Source of the DNA: Coleofasciculus chthonoplastes F2-STO-03
Lineage (GTDB): Bacteria > Cyanobacteriota > Cyanobacteriia > Cyanobacteriales > Coleofasciculaceae
NCBI GenBank assembly: GCA_040222015.1
Contig: JAVJWO010000071.1
Span: 14,497 to 78,496, forward strand
DNA: 64,000 bases
Direction: 5' to 3'
The notes under the pieces were generated by a model. It did not search any database. It had not been told where the DNA came from and saw only the letters and a list, made by a program, of their open reading frames with translations. Of this stretch, positions 19,952 through 30,179 are shown in pieces (the first letter of the stretch is position 1; the number at the start of each line of letters is the position of its first letter). Both the position numbers and the translations under genes were made by a program.

Positions 19952-20516
19952 TGTTCGCTTAAACTTAATTTCAGAAAATTGTCTAGTCTTAGGTCTGGGT
20001 GGAAGTCCGATCAATTGGATAGCCATGATAAACTCGGATATAAGATAGTCGTCTTATACCTTGTCTTCACTAATTCACAACAAACCTGCCGAAACTGCCG
20101 ATTAGCACGGTTTCAATTGGTTCACAGCTAGTTAGGCTGGCTTGACTCAAGTAGGCAGTTTTAAAGTAACACTGATTCTTTAAATAAATGATTATGGCAT
20201 CGCCCAGTACAACCTTACTAAAGCCCCTCTAATGGCTGATAATGACCATAAAAAACCACCTACTTTTTATCTCATTAGCCAGAGTATCTCAAATCATTGA
20301 GTCTAATTTTTTTTGTCATAAAACTTAACAGGTTGGGCAACGTGGTTCAGCCGTGGCGTTTTGACGTTAAAACATGGTTAATTTTCTCCAAGCCCATTGC
20401 CCTTTTGTGATTAATTGAACAGACCCTGGGGGAACAGGTAAAGGTTTGGTAACTAAACCCCTACTCGGATACAATGAAGGGCTGTAGAGAAAACGGTTTC
20501 AGGAGAAAAAACGTAA

Positions 20517-21248
20517 GTGCTAACCCTTGGCGTCAACATTGACCACATTGCCACAATTCGACAGGCGCGACGCACTGTGGAACCCGATCCCGTGGCGGCG
20601 GCGGTGTTAGCCGAATTAGCGGGTGCAGATGGGATTACTGCCCACCTGCGGGAAGATCGACGCCATATCCAAGATCGAGATATCCGACTCTTGCGTCAGA
20701 CGGTGCGAACTCACTTAAATATGGAAATGGCGCCAACTGAAGAAATGATTGCGATCGCACTCGATATTAAACCAGACTATATTACCCTAGTTCCAGAACG
20801 GCGGGAGGAAGTCACAACGGAGGGAGGATTGGATATTGCGGGTCAAAAATCCCGTCTCGGTGAAGTCGTCGCGCAGTTGCAAGATGCGGGGATTCCCGTT
20901 AGTCTATTTATCGATGCTGATCCTGCCCAGATCGAAGCATCGGCGGCAATTAACGCCAAGTTTATTGAACTGCATACGGGATCTTATGCCGAAGCCAAAG
21001 ACGAAGCCAGTCGCCAAACGCAACTGGATTTGTTAGCCAAAGGATGCCAAGACGCGATCGCGGCTGGGTTGCGGGTGAATGCAGGTCATGGTTTAACCTA
21101 TTGGAATGTCTATCCCGTGGCTTGTTTAGAAGGCATGGAAGAACTTAATATTGGTCATAGCATTATCGCACGAGCCTCGCTCGTTGGATTAGAACGAGCC
21201 GTGCGGGAAATGAAGCAAGCCATGCTGAGAAAAGATGAAGGGAGTTAA
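20517..21248 (+). CDS. pdxJ: Pyridoxine 5'-phosphate synthase
   Basis: [30 protein letters not shown]. Confidence 0.96.
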   Translation: MLTLGVNIDHIATIRQARRTVEPDPVAAAVLAELAGADGITAHLREDRRHIQDRDIRLLRQTVRTHLNMEMAPTEEMIAIALDIKPDYITLVPERREEVTTEGGLDIAGQKSRLGEVVAQLQDAGIPVSLFIDADPAQIEASAAINAKFIELHTGSYAEAKDEASRQTQLDLLAKGCQDAIAAGLRVNAGHGLTYWNVYPVACLEGMEELNIGHSIIARASLVGLERAVREMKQAMLRKDEGS

Positions 21249-21285
21249 GTCAAAAATGTTCCATACATACTATGGCACGTCTGTC

Positions 21286-21526
21286 AATTGTAGGGGCGGG
21301 TTTAGCCATAATTGTAGGAGCGGGTTTAGCCATAATTGTAGGGGCGGGTTTAGGGAATCAATTCAGCTAGTCACCGATAAATTAACAACAAAACCCGCCC
21401 TGACTAACGTTAAATTAACAACGAAACCCGCCCTCCCCACCAATAAATGAACTAACTCAATTGATCGGGGCGGGTTTAGTCAAATCTAGGTCACAAAGAG
21501 AGGATAGTCGTGAAACCCGCCCCTAC
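21286..21526. repeat. REP-like cluster including three tandem 24-bp units
   Basis: AATTGTAGGGGCGGGTTTAGCCAT x3 and several AAACCCGCCC arms. Confidence 0.85.
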
Positions 21527-21576
21527 ACACTCAAAATGTTCCCAATCACCTGTTCACCAATCACCCAATTAAAACC

Positions 21577-21906
21577 ATGCAAACCTATTACTATCTAGTC
21601 GCCAGTCAACGCTTCTTACTTGAAGAAGAACCCTTTGAAGAAGTTCTCAGAGAACGCACCAAAGACTACCAGGATAAGGGAAAAGAGATAGACTTTTGGC
21701 TGGTCAAACAACCCGCATTTTTAGAAGCTCCAGAAATGGCGCAAGTCAAGCAAGACTGCCCTCAACCTACTGCCGCTATTATTTCAACCAACCCTAAATT
21801 TATTACCTGGTTAAAGCTGCGCTTAGAATTCGTCAAAACTGGAGAATTTCAGGCTCCATCGGATACAATTCCTGACCCGATCGCGTCCTTAGCCTCTGTA
21901 TCATAA
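21577..21906 (+). CDS. ycf54: MgPME cyclase accessory protein Ycf54
   Basis: YYYLVASQRFLLEEEPFEEVLRER..DFWLV..WLKLRL. Confidence 0.93.
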   Translation: MQTYYYLVASQRFLLEEEPFEEVLRERTKDYQDKGKEIDFWLVKQPAFLEAPEMAQVKQDCPQPTAAIISTNPKFITWLKLRLEFVKTGEFQAPSDTIPDPIASLASVS

Positions 21907-21931
21907 ACGAGGCTGCCAGTCAACCCCACCC

Positions 21932-22393
21932 CTAAAAACAATAAGCTGGGGCAGCTAACCAAGAAATGAGTACCCCTAAGATTGAACCCACAATCACTTG
22001 AAACGGGGTATGCCCCAGCAACTCTTTCAGGCGATCCTCATTAAACTCCTTGCCTTCTTGAAATAACTCATCAATAATTTGATTGAGGATACGAGCTTGC
22101 TTACCTGCGGCTTGTCGAACGCCTGCGGCATCGTACATAACAATGATCGCAAAAATAGTCGCGATCGCAAAATCAGGAGACGCCCATCCCATCGTTTGTC
22201 CCACACCCGCAGCCAAGGCGGTAACCAAGGCTGAATGAGCACTAGGCATCCCGCCAGTCGTCACCAGAGTGCGGAGATTAAATTTCCGATCCTTCGTTAA
22301 CTCGACCAGTAGCTTCAGGAGTTGAGCCACTAAACAAGCAATCAGCGCAACCATCAGTACCTGGTTGTTTAGGATATTGCCAAAATCCTGCAT
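21932..22393 (-). CDS. Divergent PAP2 family protein (DUF212)
   Basis: GGMPSAHSA, YDAAGVR, LGHTP. Confidence 0.9.
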   Translation of the reverse strand: MQDFGNILNNQVLMVALIACLVAQLLKLLVELTKDRKFNLRTLVTTGGMPSAHSALVTALAAGVGQTMGWASPDFAIATIFAIIVMYDAAGVRQAAGKQARILNQIIDELFQEGKEFNEDRLKELLGHTPFQVIVGSILGVLISWLAAPAYCF

Positions 22394-22516
22394 CGTGTTT
22401 CAGTTAAAATTTCTTGTTGATCAACGGATGTTTGAGCAGTCACAAATCAAAGGAGTTGCTCTTGAAATCGCTGTTCCCTGTTCCCCGTTCCCTGTTCCCT
22501 ATTCCCTGACAAACAC

Positions 22517-23446
22517 CTAATACGTCCGTGAGGTAATGAAATCAGCCAGAGCAATTAAAGGTTGAGAACGCTCACCAAACGGTTCCAGTTGGGCAATAGC
22601 CTCTTCAATCAACTCTTGAGCTTTAGCTTTAGAAGCCTCAAGTCCCCAGAGGCTAGGATAGGTTGCTTTCTGCGCTTGCAAATCTTTCCCCGCCGTTTTG
22701 CCTAATTCCTCCTGAGTTGCGGTGATGTCCAGGATATCATCAATAATTTGAAACGCTAAGCCAATATTTTGAGCATAGCGAGACAGGCGTTCTATATCCG
22801 CATCGGTTGCACCTGCTAAAATTCCACCACAGACAACACAGCTTTCCAGCAACGCTCCGGTTTTATGGGTATGAATGTAATGAAGGGTTTCCGCTTGAAT
22901 ATCAGATTTTCCCTCACATTCCAAGTCAACCACCTGACCCCCAACCAATCCAGCCGCGCTCAACGTCCAACCTAGACGAGCAATCACTCGCAACACCCGC
23001 TCGGCAGGAACTCCCTGAGTTTGGGTGGCGACATATTCAAACGAATAGGCTAGCAAACCGTCACCCGCCAGAATCGCCATATCCTCACCGTAGACCTTAT
23101 GATTGGTGAGTTTACCCCGACGGTAGTCGTCGTTATCCATGGCAGGGAGATCATCATGAATTAACGACATCGTGTGGAGCATTTCCAAAGCGCAGGCGGT
23201 TGGCATTGCCATCTCAATCGTGCCACCCATCAGTTCACAGGTTGCCAGACAAAGAATCGGGCGCAACCGTTTCCCCCCCGCTAAGAGAGAATAGCGCATT
23301 GCCTCATAAATCTTTTCCGGATAACCTAGGGGTAAAGAACGGTCTAAAGCTGCCTCCACTTGAGCTTTCCGCTCTTTTAGATAGGTCGATAAATCAAAAG
23401 CTGGGGATTCCCCATTCGGGGCAGGTCGCCCATCTGTTGCTACCAT
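22517..23446 (-). CDS. crtE: Geranylgeranyl diphosphate synthase
   Basis: [26 protein letters not shown]. Confidence 0.93.
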   Translation of the reverse strand: MVATDGRPAPNGESPAFDLSTYLKERKAQVEAALDRSLPLGYPEKIYEAMRYSLLAGGKRLRPILCLATCELMGGTIEMAMPTACALEMLHTMSLIHDDLPAMDNDDYRRGKLTNHKVYGEDMAILAGDGLLAYSFEYVATQTQGVPAERVLRVIARLGWTLSAAGLVGGQVVDLECEGKSDIQAETLHYIHTHKTGALLESCVVCGGILAGATDADIERLSRYAQNIGLAFQIIDDILDITATQEELGKTAGKDLQAQKATYPSLWGLEASKAKAQELIEEAIAQLEPFGERSQPLIALADFITSRTY

Positions 23447-23505
23447 GCCATTATTCCTTAAATCGTCTGTTCTACTGTCTTAACAATTCTACGAGCCTAG
23501 GGGCG

Positions 23506-24381
23506 TTATGAGTGAGTTCTGGTATAACTGAAAACAGTATTTTGCAATAACATTGTCACCGTCATCGGACCAACGCCACCAGGAACCGGAGTGATAAATT
23601 GGCTCATCTCCCGAACGGCATCAAAATCTACATCACCCACCAACCGGGATTTTCCTTGAGTATCAGTGACGCGATTTATACCCACATCAATCACAATGGC
23701 ATTCGGTTTCACTTGATCCGCCGTAATTAGATTAGGACGTCCGACAGCAGCAATCAAGATATCCGCCTGACGAGTCAGTTCAGCCAAATTTTTCGTGCGC
23801 GAATGAGCAATAGTAACAGTAGCATCAGCTTCCAGTAACATGAGTGCGATGGGCTTACCGACCAAAATACTCCGCCCAACCACAACCGCATTTTTCCCTT
23901 TCAAATCAATCCGGTACTCCCGCAACAGACGCATCACTCCGGCTGGGGTACAACTTTGCAACCCCCTTTCACCGCGCAGCAGACGCCCTAGATTCAGGGG
24001 ATGCAATCCATCGACATCTTTATCCGGATCAATTTGATGCAGTAAATAAACCGCATTTAGGTGTGCAGGTACGGGGAGTTGTAACAGAATACCATCCACG
24101 TTTGGGTCTTGGTTGAGACGGTCAATGGTTTGCTCGATTTCAGATTGAGAGACATCAGCCGGAAAATGTTGCCCAAAGGAGGCAATCCCAACTTTGGTAC
24201 AGGCACGTTCTTTATTCCGCACGTAGGCGGCGCTAGCTGGGTGATCACCCACCATTAGTACGGCTAATCCAGGCGGGCGTCGAAATGTTGATTTGAGTCG
24301 TTCTACTTCCGCTTTCAGTTGATCTTGAATGCGTTGAGCTAGGGCTTTGCCATCCAGTAACTGAGGGTAAACAGATTTCAT
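23506..24381 (-). CDS. folD: Methylene-THF dehydrogenase/cyclohydrolase
   Basis: [30 protein letters not shown]. Confidence 0.95.
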   Translation of the reverse strand: MKSVYPQLLDGKALAQRIQDQLKAEVERLKSTFRRPPGLAVLMVGDHPASAAYVRNKERACTKVGIASFGQHFPADVSQSEIEQTIDRLNQDPNVDGILLQLPVPAHLNAVYLLHQIDPDKDVDGLHPLNLGRLLRGERGLQSCTPAGVMRLLREYRIDLKGKNAVVVGRSILVGKPIALMLLEADATVTIAHSRTKNLAELTRQADILIAAVGRPNLITADQVKPNAIVIDVGINRVTDTQGKSRLVGDVDFDAVREMSQFITPVPGGVGPMTVTMLLQNTVFSYTRTHS

Positions 24382-24487
24382 AGGCAGGGTGAGAGATATC
24401 ATCAGGACTTTGATTATTTTACGGGCAGTGGTGTCATTCACCAGTATTCATATATCTAAGCTATAACCAGGATGTACATCGTTTAGC

Positions 24488-24955
24488 GTGGGAACAGTCA
24501 TGGTAATGTCTGCTCAAAACGACCATCGCTCACGCCTTTGCTCGTCAATTCTAAACTGCCAAAGGTCAACTATGTTTTATCTCCTGCCAATGTGCGCTTT
24601 ACTATTTGGGGGAGGACTGGTGAGTTGTAGCAATGTCCCTCTGCTGGGTACTCCGAATGGTACGGGTAGCGCTTACACTGTAGATGTTACGGCGATTCGT
24701 GAGATCCAATCTGCTCAGACTTCCCCACAAGTGGTTTATCTTCAAGGTCAAGTTATAAGCCAAGCCCCCTTTTTGAACTCCGGGGCTTATCAACTTGAGG
24801 ACACCACGGGCAAAATTTGGGTTGTGAGTAATCAAGAACTGCCCAAGGTGGGAGATCGGGTTGTAATTCGGGGACAGGTACAATTCCAAAGTATTCCGAT
24901 TAGTGGACAGGAAATGGGTGAAGTTTATCTCCAGGAAACAGAAAAGATTGAATGA
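24488..24955 (+). CDS. Probable OB-fold lipoprotein; start possibly 24572
   Basis: Lipobox LVSC, YQLEDTTGKIWV. Confidence 0.65.
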   Translation: MGTVMVMSAQNDHRSRLCSSILNCQRSTMFYLLPMCALLFGGGLVSCSNVPLLGTPNGTGSAYTVDVTAIREIQSAQTSPQVVYLQGQVISQAPFLNSGAYQLEDTTGKIWVVSNQELPKVGDRVVIRGQVQFQSIPISGQEMGEVYLQETEKIE

Positions 24956-24986
24956 TTTGTATTATGTAATTTGTTAGTGGATAAGA

Positions 24987-25424
24987 ATGAAGAGTCAATC
25001 CATTGAAGTCGCGATCGCGATTCTCTACCGTTCGGGACGGTTCCTGATGCAGCTTAGGAACGATATCCCTGGTATTCTTTATCCAGGGTGCTGGGGGTTC
25101 TTTGGCGGTCATATTGAACCCGGAGAAACGCCAGAGGTGGCGATGCGGCGAGAATTACTCGAAGAGATTTCCTATTCTCCCCCCCAATTTGCCAAGTTTG
25201 ATTGCTATAGTGATGCCCAGGTTATTCGTCATATATTCCATGCGCCTTTAACGGTGGAATTGGATCAATTGGTATTACAAGAAGGCTGGGATCTGGGTTT
25301 ATTGACGCCTGAAGACATTAAGGCGGGTCAGGCTTATTCAGAAATAGCGGGTCAGGTGCGTCCTTTGGGGCAACCTCACCAGACCATTTTATTAGATTTT
25401 TTGGCAAGGAAACCTTACCCATGA
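24987..25424 (+). CDS. NUDIX hydrolase
   Basis: GGHIEPGETPEVAMRRELLEEI Nudix box. Confidence 0.92.
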   Translation: MKSQSIEVAIAILYRSGRFLMQLRNDIPGILYPGCWGFFGGHIEPGETPEVAMRRELLEEISYSPPQFAKFDCYSDAQVIRHIFHAPLTVELDQLVLQEGWDLGLLTPEDIKAGQAYSEIAGQVRPLGQPHQTILLDFLARKPYP

Positions 25425-26305
25425 ATCTGACGCGCCTACGATTGTCTCATCTTTTCCGTTTTAGCCGATACGCCAGCCTTTCGATGAAACTCATGGCGGT
25501 GGGAGTGGTGATTACCTCTGTTTTTATTCTCATCGCTATTTTCGCCCCTGTTTTTCAAGCATGGGGATGGCTACAAGATCCCACCGCATCCCTGATTAAT
25601 CCGATTCATGAACCTCCCGGTGGTGAACATTGGTTTGGTACGACACACCAAGGTTATGATGTTTTCTCCCGCACCGTATTTGGTTCCCAAGCGGCGTTAA
25701 AGGTGGTGATTCTGGCAACCAGCTTGAGTTTAATTATTGGTGTTCCTTTGGGGTTAATTAGTGGGTATCTCGGCGGTAGATTAGATCGGGTGTTGTTGTT
25801 TTTGATGGATACGATCTATACCTTGCCCGGATTGCTGTTATCGATTACCTTAGCCTTTGTGGTGGGGCGAGGCGTTTTCAATGCCGCGATCGCACTCAGT
25901 ATTTCTTATGTTCCCCAATATTATCGCGTTGTCCGTAACCATACCGCCAGCGTCAAAACGGAATTATTTATCGAAGCCGCGCAAGCTATGGGGGCTTCTC
26001 CTAGGCGGGTTCTCTCCCGTTACCTATTTCTGAATGTGATTCAAAGCGTCCCAGTGTTATTTACCCTCAACGCCGCCGACGCTATTTTAATTTTAGGTGG
26101 ATTGGGATTCTTGGGACTGGGATTACCTGAAGAAACCCCAGAATGGGGACATGATTTGCGTCAAGCGCTGAATGCGTTACCCACAGGCATTTGGTGGACG
26201 GCTTTATTTCCCGGTTTAGCGATGACATCAATGGTTGTTGGTTTATCGTTATTGGGAGAAGGATTAACGGAGATTATCAACCCCCGTTGGCGAGAGGAGA
26301 GATGA
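25421..26305 (+). CDS. Peptide/nickel ABC transporter permease (DppC-like)
   Basis: HWFGT..GYDVFSR, EAA motif, PEWG. Confidence 0.9.
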   Translation: MNLTRLRLSHLFRFSRYASLSMKLMAVGVVITSVFILIAIFAPVFQAWGWLQDPTASLINPIHEPPGGEHWFGTTHQGYDVFSRTVFGSQAALKVVILATSLSLIIGVPLGLISGYLGGRLDRVLLFLMDTIYTLPGLLLSITLAFVVGRGVFNAAIALSISYVPQYYRVVRNHTASVKTELFIEAAQAMGASPRRVLSRYLFLNVIQSVPVLFTLNAADAILILGGLGFLGLGLPEETPEWGHDLRQALNALPTGIWWTALFPGLAMTSMVVGLSLLGEGLTEIINPRWREER

Positions 26306-26602
26306 GGGAGATGGGGAAGCAATGTAGAGACGTGCCATGGCACGTCTGGAAGTTGGGGGAGATAGGGGAACCAATACCCAATTTAAATGCATGACAGCTT
26401 AAGCTCAACCTTAGTCAGGGCGGGTTTTGCACCAACGTTATCATCAATAGCGAGAAGAAAGTCCCTAAACCCGCCCCTACAAATCAGGTTCCGTAGCGTA
26501 GCGAAGGGTCAAAACTTTCCCAGGAACCGGAAATCATCTCATTCTCGTCGAATAATTAAGACATAACTTTTCCAGGCTGGGAATTCTATCAGCTTTCTTT
26601 GT

Positions 26603-27148
26603 ATGAAATCTATCCAACCCAAGTTTATACGTTTCGCCGTCATTGGCGGGTTACTACTCATTCCTGTTGCTAGTGCAGGGTTTTGGTGGACAAGTTCTGT
26701 CGCCCAACTGCCTAAACCGGAAAATGTATCTCAAGATAGTCCATCCCTCTCTCCGATTCATCCCGATGAACCCGTTGAAGATACTCTAAACGAACGCTTT
26801 TCTCTCTCCAACTCCCTAGAACGAATTCAACAAATTAAGCACGCCCTATCCAGCTTCCAACAGTTAACCGAAACCAGCCAACCCATTTTAGGCGATCGCA
26901 AAATTGCCGAAATTGGTCATACCGACTGGGAAACGCAGCATCTGGGCTTTCCCAACTGGGTGGGTTCTGTAGAAGGCACGCTGAAAAAACAAGCGTATCA
27001 GATCGCTAAACTCGAATTTGAACTTGCCCAAGAACAATACCAAGATGGCGAAATCTCCCAAGCTGTTTTAGACCAGAAAGAAGCTAGTTACCGCCGCGCC
27101 GAACAAGACTTCCAAGCTTTTTGGAATTCCTTTACTCCTGCCGATTAA
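26603..27148 (+). CDS. Hypothetical exported/membrane-anchored helical protein
   Basis: N-terminal hydrophobic segment in a 181-aa ORF. Confidence 0.65.
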   Translation: MKSIQPKFIRFAVIGGLLLIPVASAGFWWTSSVAQLPKPENVSQDSPSLSPIHPDEPVEDTLNERFSLSNSLERIQQIKHALSSFQQLTETSQPILGDRKIAEIGHTDWETQHLGFPNWVGSVEGTLKKQAYQIAKLEFELAQEQYQDGEISQAVLDQKEASYRRAEQDFQAFWNSFTPAD

Positions 27149-27198
27149 GATGATTTAAAATGTAGCTCAGTCTTTGTTCCTTATTTTCTAGCCTAGCC

Positions 27199-27239
27199 AA
27201 TGACAAAGGACAAATGACAAATGACAAATGACAAATGAC
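27199..27239 (+). repeat. STRR heptamer (TGACAAA)n
   Basis: About 6 tandem units overlapping the ROK gene start. Confidence 0.85.
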
Positions 27240-28124
27240 GTAATTGGTATTGACTTAGGTGGAACCGCGATCAAGCTGGGACGCTTCCAGAAAGATGGCA
27301 CTTGCGTCCAATCCTTAACCGTGGCGACGCCACAACCCTCAACCCCAAAAGCTGTAGTTGAAGTAATGGCAGACGCGATCGCACAACTTGATACCAACCA
27401 TAGGGTGATTGCCATTGGTGTGGGAACTCCCGGACCTGCGGATGCAACTGGACGGATTGCTAGAGTGGCGATTAATCTCAATAATTGGCATGATATTCCC
27501 TTAGCCGATTGGTTAGAAGCTAAAACAGGTTGTCCGACGATTATCGCCAATGATGCCAATTGCGCGGGTTTAGGCGAAGCTTGGTTAGGTGCAGGATGTC
27601 AGTTTCGCCATCTGATTATGCTGACGTTGGGTACTGGCGTCGGCGGCGCAATTATTCTAGATGGAAAACTCTTTGTCGGTTATCAGGGCGCAGCCGGGGA
27701 GTTAGGGTTAATCACCTTAAATCCAGAAGGTCCCCCTTGTAATAGTGGCAATCAAGGGTCTCTGGAACAATATCTGTCCATTGGGGCAATTCGCCGCCGT
27801 ACCGGAAAAGAACCGGCTGAACTGGGGATTTTGGCAAACCAAGGCAATCCAAAGGCGTTAGCATTCTGGAACCATTACGGACTGGATTTAGGCGCAGGAT
27901 TAGCGAGTTTGATTTATGTTCTTACTCCAGAGGCGATTATTATTGGCGGTGGAGTTAGTGCAAGTGCCAAATTTTTCTTCCCGGCGGCGTGGGCAGAAAT
28001 TGAACGTCGAGTGTTACCAAGTTCTCGTACAGGTTTACAGTTACTTCCCGCTAAGCTAGGTAATCAGGCGGGAATGGTTGGGGCTGCCAAATTAGCACTG
28101 CAAATGAGAAATGATGAATTATGA
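27228..28124 (+). CDS. ROK-family sugar kinase (glucokinase-like)
   Basis: GIDLGGT, NDANCA, GTGVGG, GELG, CNSGNQGSLE. Confidence 0.9.
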   Translation: MTNDVIGIDLGGTAIKLGRFQKDGTCVQSLTVATPQPSTPKAVVEVMADAIAQLDTNHRVIAIGVGTPGPADATGRIARVAINLNNWHDIPLADWLEAKTGCPTIIANDANCAGLGEAWLGAGCQFRHLIMLTLGTGVGGAIILDGKLFVGYQGAAGELGLITLNPEGPPCNSGNQGSLEQYLSIGAIRRRTGKEPAELGILANQGNPKALAFWNHYGLDLGAGLASLIYVLTPEAIIIGGGVSASAKFFFPAAWAEIERRVLPSSRTGLQLLPAKLGNQAGMVGAAKLALQMRNDEL

Positions 28125-28125
28125 G

Positions 28126-28169
28126 TTGTCATTTGTCATTTGTCATTTGTCATTTGTCATTTGTCATTT
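28126..28169 (-). repeat. STRR heptamer (TTTGTCA)n
   Basis: 6 tandem units. Confidence 0.9.
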
Positions 28170-28326
28170 TAAAGTAAACTTGATTATAAGCTGTTCGGCA
28201 TTTAAAACTTAATGCCAATAATGGTGAAATCCTTGTATTGCGAGCCAGAAAGCTCGCTACTAATACCCAATTTAAATGCATGACAACTTATTCCCAACAC
28301 AACAGTAATTTTCATACCCGCTGCAC

Positions 28327-29322
28327 TCAAGTCAAAGCACCACCGCAACTCGAACCACACCCAGCCGTGCAACCGTAACAATAGGAAGCCGTGCGAATTT
28401 CGTCAATCATATCTAAGCGTCCTGCTGCTAATAGCTTACTAACCGTTAACGTTTCCCCAGAGCGAGACTTGGCGGGTATTTCTTCCATCTGATTAAAATC
28501 GCAGTCGTAAACATTTCCCAGATAATCAATCGAGAGTTCGTTACGGCACATCAAATGCTCCACCGTAGTTGGATTAAAATTATCTGCCAAAAAAATCAGG
28601 TAAGGGGTATATAGCTTGGTTCGTTGCAGATAAAACTTGGTTCTGCCAATGGGCAAATTGGTAATCGTGAACAACTGGTTAAACTCAATATCAAAATTCT
28701 GCTTAAGGAACCATTTGTAATCCTGTTCCAACTTCACCTGATTCGGCGTTAAGGAAAAATATTCACTCACAGGTAACGCCGGGTTATAAACCAAATCCAG
28801 GATTAACTGCGGATTTTTTCCATACCCCAATTGATTTAACCGTTGAATTGCCCGAATTGAATCATTGTAAACTCCATTCCCCCGCATTTTATCTACATTA
28901 TCCTCTAAATAGCAGGGAAGCGAGGCAACAACTCTCACCTGATGCTGGGCAAAGTATTCCGGCAAATCCTGGTATCCAGGTTCAAAGAAAATTGTCAAAT
29001 TTGACCGCACAATTACCTCCTTTCCCGTTGCCCGCGCTGCTTCAACTAAGGGTTTAAACCCATGATTTATTTCCGGCGCACCCCCGGTTAGATCAACGGT
29101 TTGAAGTTGCGGAAAACGATGAATCAGTTCGATAAGTTGGTCACAGATTTCCGGGGTCAGTTCCTCCGTGCGTTTGGGTCCAGCCTCCACATGACAATGA
29201 GTACAGGCGAGATTACAGCGTTTCCCCAGATTAATTTGCAGAACCGTAATTTGATTTTTGGTTAAATGTGTCCTCAGTTTTTGACTAAACGGGGTTACGG
29301 CAAATGTGCCTGTCTGTGTCAT
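28327..29322 (-). CDS. arsS: Arsenosugar-biosynthesis radical SAM protein, ArsS-like
   Basis: LQINLGKRCNLACTHCHV, DCDFNQM, C-terminal CYGCTAGCGSSCGG. Confidence 0.85.
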   Translation of the reverse strand: MTQTGTFAVTPFSQKLRTHLTKNQITVLQINLGKRCNLACTHCHVEAGPKRTEELTPEICDQLIELIHRFPQLQTVDLTGGAPEINHGFKPLVEAARATGKEVIVRSNLTIFFEPGYQDLPEYFAQHQVRVVASLPCYLEDNVDKMRGNGVYNDSIRAIQRLNQLGYGKNPQLILDLVYNPALPVSEYFSLTPNQVKLEQDYKWFLKQNFDIEFNQLFTITNLPIGRTKFYLQRTKLYTPYLIFLADNFNPTTVEHLMCRNELSIDYLGNVYDCDFNQMEEIPAKSRSGETLTVSKLLAAGRLDMIDEIRTASYCYGCTAGCGSSCGGALT

Positions 29323-29524
29323 GGGTTGCTTTCCTGTAAAACTGTCTTGACGTCAGCATCTAACTAGCCAAATCCATCTCGGCTAGCTGAGTCTATAATA
29401 AATCATTTAGTCTGACCTAGCTTAATTCAACATGAGTTGAATGAGTCACCATTGTAGAGACGTTGTGGGATTTTTAATTCTACTATCATGTCCGGTTGAA
29501 TATTGCTCAGATCAGCCCTAAGGA

Positions 29525-29853
29525 TTAGATCGGTTTTAACTGGAGTCGATACCGATATAAGGCGACGGGTTTATCCAACGCCTTAAAATAATCAGGATCT
29601 TGAGGGGAAAGGTAAATCGCGGTGATTTGCCATGCTTGAATTCCGGAATCGGGTGATGGTAAGTGATGATAAGCGGTTGTGGTTTCCACCTGATTAAAAT
29701 AGGGTTGGTTGGTACTGCGAAAGTATTGGTTGGTTACTTCTGTAGCAATAAAGCGATCGCGGCTAGGGGTTTCTGTGTTTCGACCTGTAACAATAGAGAT
29801 AAGTTGGCGTCCCGATCGCAATTCGGTGATCTGCCGATTCACAGACGCCGGAT
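29525..29853 (-). pseudogene. 3' half of a conserved cyanobacterial hypothetical gene (DUF6816-like), 5' part lost
   Basis: DPASVNRQIT..QVETTTAY..QITAIYLSPQDPDYF..PVALYRYRL; sequence upstream is IS-derived. Confidence 0.55.
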
Positions 29854-29961
29854 CAAGGACTTGCAGCCGTGGGACACACGGTCAAGATGCTTTCTGAGGG
29901 TAAATTCATTGGAATCCCTACGATGAAAGAATCACCGTCCTTATAGGGCGGTGAGTGTCAA
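29854..29961 (+). mobile_element. IS200/IS605 tnpB 3'-end and right-end remnant
   Basis: Reads GLAAVGHTVKMLSEG..KESPSL*; subterminal hairpin TCACCGTCCT-TAT-AGGGCGGTGA followed by GTGTCAA. Confidence 0.7.
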
Positions 29962-30028
29962 CTTTGCTCGGTAGCGGTTAACAACAGAGAGCGCGATCGC
30001 ACTCATCTTCTTCCCAATCATGCCAATT

Positions 30029-30065
30029 TCTAGATTCCTTATTAATCCCTATCAGGGATTGAAAC
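30029..30065 (+). CRISPR. Single orphan CRISPR-repeat-like sequence; not an array
   Basis: ..TAATCCCTATCAGGGATTGAAAC matches the hairpin plus ATTGAAAC end of cyanobacterial I-D-type repeats; one copy only, no cas genes. Confidence 0.45.
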
Positions 30066-30179
30066 CTTCAACAAAATTAACTCCTTAAGACGATTGTACA
30101 ATTTTCTTTGATTCCTTTTTACCGTAATCAAATAATCATTTTGAGTTTCAATTCGGTGCGCCCCTACGGAAATCACCGT

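Noticed and set aside
21286..21526. 24-bp repeats as CRISPR, and ORF 21235-21450
   Set aside because: Contiguous REP arms with no spacers; the ORF is just translated repeat.
22517..23446. crtE as a dedicated precursor gene of the terpene cluster
   Set aside because: It sits in the ordinary folD-crtE-DUF212-ycf54-pdxJ housekeeping block; proximity alone does not show linkage.
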